Part shown: positions 54,099 to 64,000 of the stretch, piece after piece
Numbering within the stretch: the stretch's first letter is position 1
How the letters are laid out: each line of letters begins with the position of its first letter
Assembly: GCA_951406725.2 (NCBI GenBank)
Contig: OX597833.1
Span: 43,152,001 to 43,216,000, forward strand
DNA: 64,000 bases
Direction of reading: 5' to 3'
Source of the DNA: Octopus vulgaris
Taxonomy: Eukaryota
The notes under the pieces: generated by a model
What the model saw: the letters and a program-made list of their open reading frames with translations, nothing else
What the model was told of the DNA's origin: nothing
Database searches by the model: none
Made by a program: the position numbers and the translations under genes

Positions 54099-54710
54099 TG
54101 CATATATGTATGTATGTATGTTTATGTATGTATGGATGCGTGTGTCTATTCGTGTATATACTCACTTATACATATATATGTCTATTCTAGTCGGTTGATT
54201 ATGCATTAAAAACAAGGCTCCATTGTTATTGCAATGTATAATACAGGAGCGATGCAAAACTAGATAGAAAGCATATAACACTACCAGTCTATATAAATTT
54301 CGGCCAAAAAATCTAGGAGACTACATACGGTGGCTTTATTAATAGCAGCAAAATACAAAACAAAATAAACAAACAAATACGGTACACTTAAAATATGCTA
54401 TAAAATTTTCCACGAATTTAACCAATTTACAATTAAAAACTTAATATATGTAGCGACAACGTTTAATTGCATTATTGTTCTCATGGCACTTTACTGCCGA
54501 CTATAAAACGTGGCAAGAAGGCATCACCATCGTCAGTTAATTCAGAAGATGAGATCGAAACGTCCTTGAAACGATAATGGTATTAGAAATCTTTTCGTTC
54601 TAAATTAAACACATATGACCAAGTGAATGTGAAAGATCTTTTATATAACAAATGCTAACGCCAAACACAGTTGAGTTTTAAATGTATTTCCTAATACAAA
54701 TAAATAGGCA

Positions 54711-54711
54711 T

Positions 54712-54746
<35 letters not shown>

Positions 54747-55131
54747 GGCAAAATGTATGTGTGTCTGTGTGTCCGTTGTACAAATCCACAGTTTTTCACG
54801 TAAAAGGCTCGCATTTTCTATGGGCTTTCAAAACTGTCTGAGGGTGGTTGTGAAGATCTTTTCATTTCCCCAGTCACCTCAGAGAGCCATTAAAAAAATC
54901 GATAAACCGATCCCTTATGCCCATAAGTTATGGGCATATGGGCATTGCTGAAGTCCAATGAATATTAATTACTATCATAAAAAGCTCCAACTAGCTCATA
55001 AGCAACAAAACTGACCCGGACTGAAATGCGATAAGAAACTTAGCTCTTGATTTTGTGAGAAATTTTTACTGCGACACGGCAACGATAACAAGTACTAGCA
55101 CTAGACCCGGCAACTACGGTTCATAGTGGTA

Positions 55132-55132
<1 letters not shown>
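54711..55132 (+). mobile_element. Possible non-autonomous Helitron
   Basis: A|TC start, (TA)n then tatgtgtgtctgtgtgtccg, decayed 3' hairpin acccggcaactacggt and GTAG|T end (CTAG expected). Confidence 0.45.
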
Positions 55133-55199
<67 letters not shown>

Positions 55200-57039
55200 T
55201 CATGTACATTTTGTAACTTTTGTTAGTAAATGAAACAAGTGTAATGGTAAATAAATAATAACAAAAAATGTTTCCAATCTCCTGTTTCAATATGTAATTA
55301 CTATGCAAATAGTATTTTTTCCTGGATGGATGGATGGATAGAGGTAAGGCTGGCACACTCTATGCAATTAATGAGCAAATATTCACGAATATCTTTGCTA
55401 TGCATGGCTACCAAAAATCTCTCTCAAATCAGAGTGTACCGTCTTGAAAATGAGACAACATTGTTCTGCTGTAATCTTTGATATTCTATATTTGACGGGA
55501 ACGTACGATGAAATACATTTGATTACAATAACTGAGAAATATTAGCCAAAGAGACCGTCTTACTGGCCTGTTTTACTAAACTAACTTAACCTGAGTTCAT
55601 GCCTATGAATATTATTTATTGCCTTTGCAAAGGAGCTATTCAGAAAGGAATGCTTCATATTGTTAAAATCAATAATAATCAAACTGGTAATATCGTGAGT
55701 TGAAAAGTTTCGTTTAATTGAGGTTGTCTATGCGATTAGTAGATAAAAACTCCCTCTGTGGATGTTTCAAATCCAAAAGCAACAAAATAAGAGCGAAGAG
55801 CGATAATTACAATCAGATGAATTAAACAGTATAAAGAAAAAATAGATGTAGAAAACCACTAATTTTAAATCGATAATATTGATTCGTCTTTTTACCCACT
55901 AGTTGCGAGATCAAGAGGAAATAACAATACTTATGACCTTCGTAGGCTCTCCAAAACGTGGAAGATTGATGCTTAAACTGTAGCAAGTTTGCACGTTTGG
56001 GAAACAAGAGGTGGGAAGGAATTCAAAAGGACCATTGCCTGAGGAAAAAGTGACTTGGGCGTAGTAGCTGCATTGCTACTTATGCCTCCTGGTGAATGGC
56101 AAACCTTAATAGTTATAATGGGATGTGAGCAGGACACAATACAGATAAAAGGAAGAGGAGAGACGTGTGAGTCATATCCTGGGATATGAAACTTATAGTT
56201 GCAGTAGGAAACGTAGATAAAGGAAACATGAAAAGATGCTTTTATTTATCCCTTACCTGAAAAGCTCAGACTTTTTCCCCACTAAGCATGTAAAATAACT
56301 TTGAAAAGACTAATTCCCAATTTCTTGAAATTATTTTCCCTTTATTTTGAGAATCGCTAACAACTGCCGTTAGGTTTTTTGCTTTCTTTCGCCAATTAAG
56401 AGGGAAAATTCTGTTAAGAATGCTTTTTGCCTAAGGCATTCAGTATATCACCTTCAAATTTATATATAATTACACATTAATATATCTAATGTACATACAT
56501 GTACACTACACACACAAAAACACACACAGACATGCACAATAATATATAGTTACATAGATACACACGCACATGTATACAGATCTACCTGCCTATATACATA
56601 TGTTCAGAATTATATATATACATATATATATATATAGGGGGGTACACATGTGTGTGTGTACACTCACACAATATATATAGTGTATGTGGTTATGTGTGTG
56701 TGCATGTTTTCTTAAACTGATTGTGTAAATTTGCCTTAATTTCCAGGAGGCATCTCTGCCATCTTTGTTTTTCTAAATAATCTGTGCAGGAACAACTTTA
56801 TGATAATTTTCTGACTGCATAATCCCCACCACCCTTCACTCAATGATTTCCAAAGTCAACATAATCTTTGAAGATGTGTGTTCAGCCAGTGCAATTTAAA
56901 GACTGTCGTTATATTCCAACCCTTCTCTTTTTAAATTCTATTCTCAGTCGTGCATTTAACTTCTAGTTGTGCATATTGTATAAATAAGTTACTGCAGTAA
57001 ATATTTTATCAACGCTAGTGTGGTATCGTTATTGTTATT

Positions 57040-57850
57040 GTAAGGAAGGGCGGTTATTGACAGATAGGGTATAGGGAGGGTTTAAAGGCCTCGCAGTGTT
57101 GAATTACATTTCTGGGTTTTAATTTAAAACCTCACCTAGAACAGCCTTGCATTATGTTCTCCTATGGTCGATAAAATAAACTCCTTGTCAAAAATTGAAG
57201 TAAATTTAATCGACTGGCTATCTTCTAGAAATTTCTGGTCTTGTGATTATGTTAGAAATTATTAAGAACAGATGATAAGTAGAATCTTGGATCGTGGGAT
57301 AATATACCTAGCGTTCTGAGTTCAAATTCTTCCGAATTCATTTTTGTTTTTACAACTATCTGGCTAAATGCTGCTTATCGACAAAGCCCTCCCACCATGT
57401 TTCTGGCCTTGTACCTAAATTAGAAATATTTATTGGTTTTAAATTTTGGCATATGGCCAGCATGTTCGGGTAAGACGATTAAATTGACCCCTGTGTTCAG
57501 CAGTGTTTATCTGATCGATCCTGAAAGGTTGAAAGGCAAAGTTGACCTCGGTGGAATTTGAACCCAGAGCATAAAGACAGACGAAATGTCGCTAACCATT
57601 TTTCACGGTGCTGTAATGATTCTGCCTAAATTAGAAATGTTTATTGTTATTGTAAGAATGTATAACGTGTGGCAGATATGGTACAGAGAAAGATTAAAGA
57701 ACTTGTAACTTTGAATCATATCTTCCTCTGGGTTTTGATTTAAAATCTCGCTTATGTCAACTCTGCCTTTCATGTTCCTCGCGGAATCAATGAAATAAAA
57801 CAGCAGCCAACTACTGAAGTTGAATTAATCGGTTGTTCTCTCCTCCATAC
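57040..57850. mobile_element. Cluster of old family B-like SINE remnants in both orientations
   Basis: Degenerate ctgagttcaaatt / gtcgataaaataa / gaaaggcaaagttgacctcgg motifs. Confidence 0.65.
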
Positions 57851-59140
57851 ATGTATTCTAATATAAGCGTTGCACCTACGTTGGAATTTATCTTTATGAT
57901 TATTTTTAGTAATGCGGTGTTCATAAAACAACAAATAGATACGTCTACAACTTGGAAAATATGCATAGTTGCTTTCCTAGTTAACGAAGATGCTCAAAAT
58001 TAACAAATGCTCTACTTGCTAGTTTTATTTTCTGAAAAATGTTTGTAGGTAGTTCTGGGTAGTCTATCAACGCAATGACAGAAACAGTTGTACATCGTTC
58101 AACTTGTACCAATTACAAATGAGGTGACTGGCACATCTTAACTGCTGTAATGTTTTAATCCAAGTTTAGTCTAATTCCTTAACTTTTCAGCTCGCTTCTA
58201 ATCAACATTATAGTTTTTTGCCTTCGCTTTGTCGGTATCTAATTAGTAAACTATTATCCTTATTTGTCATTTAAACAATATTAAACTTACTTTATGCTAT
58301 CTAACGGTCTATCTGTTCGTTAAAGTCCAGGTTTTGCATTTTCATTTTTAAAATAAATTAAGGTTCATATGAATACCTCACAGTCTTTACATAAATCTAT
58401 TGAAATTGGTTGACTAAGCGAATGTAAAAGGCCATCGCTATTTATGTCTTCAAGTATATGTCAGGGCGTGTGTAAGACATCTTGATACAATGTAGTGGTG
58501 TATTGCTTCTGGAGAAAATGCACCACACGTGTGACATTCACAGCTTTAATTACTTTCTATGAATTAGAGGAGGAAGTGAAGCGTTTGGGATATTTTCCTT
58601 GGCCTTTGAAGTGAGAAGAATGAAGGAAGTTATCTTCAGACAGAAGACCTGACCCGAATGCTGGCAACGGAGTGGAGTCTGCTAAAGCTATCTAAACTGC
58701 AAGTAGTGGTGCTTAACCTGCTTCTGTTTATTTTTGCTGCATCAAACAGGAGCGAGTCCTTTCATGGGCTTCCACGCGGTTTCCGTCCATTAAATTCCAC
58801 TCATAATACTTTGATCAAACCGACGCTATAATAGAAGACTTTTGCTCAGGGTACCCGGGCGTATTAAGAATATTCTTTTCTATACATACCTAGATGTAAT
58901 ATTTTTTCTCCTGTATCAGGAATTGCTTTTGGCGCCCCATTTAGACCAGATTTCTTCATCCACCCAGAGAAAATGAAGTACCACATCTGTACTGATGCTG
59001 ATCTGATCGATGAAGTGCTTTCTCGAATTTTGTGGCCGTGTCTAGGTTAGAAATCATTATATTGTAAGGACTTAATATATTATATTATAATTATATTATA
59101 CTATATTATATTATATTATATTATATTATATTATATTATA

Positions 59141-59554
59141 AAGCCCATGTTTCACTACCATATAACATTGCAGGTAGAATTGTGCTATTGATGAGATTGG
59201 CGCGGGTGGTCCTGTCCAACCTTCCCTTGAGCACATCCTTTATGCCATTAAATGCCTTCCATTCGGCCCTTACTCTCCATGAGATGTCCTTTTCGATATC
59301 TCGGCACATATTCACTTCCTGTCCCAGGAAGTCAAATTGCTTTACCTCCTCTATTTCATCACTGCCGAGTGGTACCCGCGCGAGCGGAAACGACCACTCG
59401 GAAGGCCTCCACGACGGTGGAGTTACGATATCAGGAGGGCGATTGGGATGACGTGGATGAGAAAGGCGAGATTCAGAGAGGATTGGACAGCGTGCTGTGA
59501 CCAGCGATGTCAAATGGATGCCCGACGGACTGGTCAGTTAAGGTGATCAAGGTG
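59141..59554. mobile_element. 5'-truncated, 5'-inverted RTE-clade LINE
   Basis: Minus 59141-59363: DEIEEVKQFDFLGQEV..ILPAMLYGSETWAL. Plus 59358-59554: EWYPRERKRPLGRPPRRW..REDW with (aaggtgatc)-type tail. Candidate TSD atattata. Confidence 0.88.
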
Positions 59555-59562
59555 ATATTATA

Positions 59563-60100
59563 AAGGCGGCAAGCTGGCAGAATCGTTTGTACGCCAGACT
59601 AAATGCTTAGCAGCTTTTCGTCCGTCTTTACGTTCTGAGCTCAAGTTCTGCTTCTTTACAGTTTGAGTTCAAATCCTGCCGAGGTCAATTTTGCAATTCA
59701 TCCTTCCGGAGTTTATAAAATCTGAGCCACTCAAGTAATGCGTTTGATTTAATCAATTATACTCTGTGTTCTAAAACGTGTGACTCTGATATCCGATTAT
59801 ATCCGTTCCTTATAAAAATTATTTCATGCATGATGGGAAACTATAATGATTATATTGATATAAATAAGGTTACATGAAGCAGCCTTGCTAATATTAGTTT
59901 CAAACTTTGGCACAAGGCCAGCAATTTGGGGCCTGGGATCTAATCGGCTACATCGACCCCAGTGTTCAACTGGTACTTATTTTATTGACCCCCGAAAGCA
60001 TGGAAGGCAAAGTCAACTTCGGCAAAATTTGAACTCTGAACGTAAAGACGGATGAAGCATTTTGTCTGGTGTGCTAACGATTCTGCCAGAGCTTGCCGTC
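59563..60100. mobile_element. Two older family B SINEs (59563-59780 plus, 59893-60100 minus)
   Basis: Family B head and central domain motifs. Confidence 0.8.
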
Positions 60101-60357
60101 ATCAATTTTGATAATATCGACACAATATAGATATAAAACCAAATATGATGTCAGAACTCTCGTGACACCAACATTTTCCCTTAACAGTTGCAAATGTTTT
60201 CAATCCTGGAAGAATAAAAGGTAAAACTGACCTTGCTTAGATTCGAACTCTGAGTGTAACAGTTCAGATAATAAATAAATATTACAAGTCCTTTTGCTTC
60301 GGATTTTCCACTTCTGACATCTCATTGGTCTTGTGAATAACAGCAACAACAGCAGTG

Positions 60358-60545
60358 TGGAGGCGCAATGGCCCAGTGCTTAGGGCAGCGGACTCACGGT
60401 CGTAAGAACGCGGTTTCGATTCCCAGACCGGCATTGTGAGTGTTTATTGAGCAAAAACCACCTAAGCTCCACAAGGCTCCGGCGGGGGTCGGGGGTGAAT
60501 CCCGCTGTACTCTTTCACTACAACTTTCTCTCACTCTTTCTTCCT
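60358..60545 (+). mobile_element. SINE family D, 5' part
   Basis: Matches 16808-16990. Confidence 0.85.
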
Positions 60546-61197
60546 ACTTCTGCCACAAAGCAGAGGAACCATGGTGTAACCCACTATGGTGTGGTAAACT
60601 TTCAGACCCAAGTCTAGATTGCTATTCCTCTGTACCCCAGGATGGTTCAGCTATCCACCCATTAAAAGCCACTATTTACGGAATGAGGATAACAATGTAG
60701 CTTTTACACCTGTGCAACCGTCAGTCTATTGCGTGTGGTGGGTGAATCTTCAAGTTGCCTCACGCATTCTTAGTAGCTTAGAGTAGGCTCGAATTAGAGA
60801 TTATTCTTTGTGGCTAATAGCGTGAGTCCTGATTGGAAGAAGAAGATAGCAGCAATTCTTTCTTATTTAGGCACAAGGCCAATTTCGTGTGGAGGAGTTC
60901 AGTTGAATACATCGTCCGCCAGTACTTGACTTCTGTTTTATTTTATGGACACCGAAAGGATGAAAGGCAAAGTTAATATCACTGGAATTTGAATTCAGAA
61001 ATTAAAAGAACATAAATATAAATTGCATGGCATTTTTCCTGACGATCTACCGAATCTGCTATCCATTACTATCAATGTTCACGAGGATGATGAAAATCAC
61101 ACCATCATCATCATCATCACCGTCGCTGTCATCATCGTCGTCGACATCATCGCCATCATCTACACCATCAGCATTGCCGTTGCTATTATTATTATCA

Positions 61198-61259
<62 letters not shown>

Positions 61260-61499
61260 CAGTGTTATCCTTTGGAATCCAAAATTTGACTGCATTATGC
61301 AGCTGGTGCCAATTTAAATTTGACAGTAGAGAGAATGGGTGGTATAATGTAAAAGACTGATGTTTAATGATGCTAGTTAGAGATAGGGGATCATGTTTCC
61401 ATCTTAATAGCACTACACCACGCCAATGAAAATATATTTTATTGGTTGGAGCTGTCAGTGTTCTCCCTCTGTCTCCCTCTATTTCTACATACACACTTA

Positions 61500-62535
<1,036 letters not shown>

Positions 62536-62538
62536 ATA

Positions 62539-62832
62539 CGTGGCCTGATCAATAACTATCCGGAACATTGCTTGCTATAGTAACAGAAACTAAAGCACGG
62601 AAGGTAAAGCCACTTAGCACAGATTGACCTTAAACTGTGTTGTACATGCGCACTAAGTTGTTTTAACGTCATTCCTCACTTCCGCTGTTTACAGCAATAG
62701 TTGGAAGGAAGATGTGTAGCGTGTGATCGTTGCTTTGACCATGACAGAGAAATTTGAGCAGAGAATCTCTATCAATTTTACCAGAAGCTTGGCAATACCT
62801 GCTCAGAAGCCTACGCAAAGTTTTCAAAAAGT
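62539..62832 (+). mobile_element. Mariner 5' end / arm of the same derivative as 48733-49380
   Basis: TA then TIR cgtggcctgatcaataactatccgga; MTEKFEQRISINF..KLGNTCSEAYAK. Confidence 0.85.
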
Positions 62833-63879
62833 CACGTAGTGGGACTGAACCCAGAACCATGTGGTTGGAAAGCGAGCTTCTTACCTTCCATAAAATATCG
62901 GTTCTTTGTTCCCTTTCTGTGTCTTAATCAAGGAGAGAGGCATTTCTTTTCTGAGATGTTCTGTTCCACAGTTTACTGATGAATAGAGAACCTAAATCCT
63001 CTGTTCTTTGTGACTTACAATTGTTCAGTGATGCTCACTCTGGCAAATACTATCAACCCTCCCCCAAACAAAGAAAAACAATTTCTTACCTATAGAGTTT
63101 GCATACAAAGTAATTCTTTTTTCTTTACCGTAGAGCAGAGCAAGCTTAAAAAGATGAAAACTATTACCTTTTATTAAACATGGTAATATGTTTGCTCTCT
63201 TTTCAATCCTCACTTGCCCACCAGGAGAGCCTTCCCACCTATAAAAAGAACAGAAGTAGGTCAAGGTGTATAAGAAGTCATGTTCTCTATTATCTCACCA
63301 CTTCTTCGTCTGCCTGCCTGTCTGTCTGTTTGCCTGTCTCTCTCCTCTTCTCTGTCACTGTCTCTATCTCTCCTTCTATTTTCAACCCTCTCAATAAAGA
63401 ACGTTATGAACGAACGTAAAATTGTAAAAAGCGATACCAGGGAGAGAATAACGTTAAGTTACGATCTAGAACAATTGTTTTAACTATATTTTACATCTTC
63501 ACGATTCTCAGTTTACCGTAATTTTTCCGTATGCCATTTATTTTCGAAAGTATACACTGGTTTGCTATTAATTTTACCAAGTGTGTTGAAGCAGAGTGTC
63601 AGTGTAGACTTTAAAGCCTACTGTCTCATCTCTTATCATTCCTCTCAAAAAATACGGCTAAATGCAACTGATAGATAATAAAATAACTCCCGAAGTATTA
63701 ATAATAAATAAATTACCCGCACCTAATCTTGTCTCTATCTCTCTTTATTCCCCTCTCTCATTCTGTATATATGCTTGTGCGTGTGTGTGGATGTGAGTTC
63801 ATAAATACATATATACTTATACAGTAACATATATAAACACATATATACATATATACACACACCTATATATGTATGTAAG

Positions 63880-63922
<43 letters not shown>

Positions 63923-64000
63923 TTATGTGTATATATATGCATATATGCGTGTGTGTGTGTGTGCGTATTATGTTTGTTTTATTCCACACACATTTTATCC

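Overview
AT-rich, microsatellite-saturated eukaryotic DNA with no intact protein-coding gene; almost all ORF-track entries are translations of simple repeats. The tRNA-derived SINE families and microsatellite load look like an octopus (coleoid cephalopod) intron or intergenic region; this is recognition by eye, not a database result. The window contains four SINE families (many nested, with TSDs), decayed non-LTR retrotransposons (R4/Dong-type RLE, CR1-like, a 5'-inverted RTE), Tc1/mariner and pogo/Tc2-type MITEs, a possible non-autonomous Helitron, and many Penelope-like element (PLE) fragments. The most notable signal is a dense set of candidate self-cleaving RNA motifs. About 13 type-I hammerhead-like motifs occur in 64 kb, with recurring core variants (CCGANGA, UUGANAA, CUGUNGA). 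They include a near-canonical hammerhead with an extended stem I at 18160-18218, and a PLE whose two inverted hammerheads show a compensatory stem-I change. There is also an HDV-like ribozyme candidate at 29272-29348. All structures were folded by eye and none has been tested.
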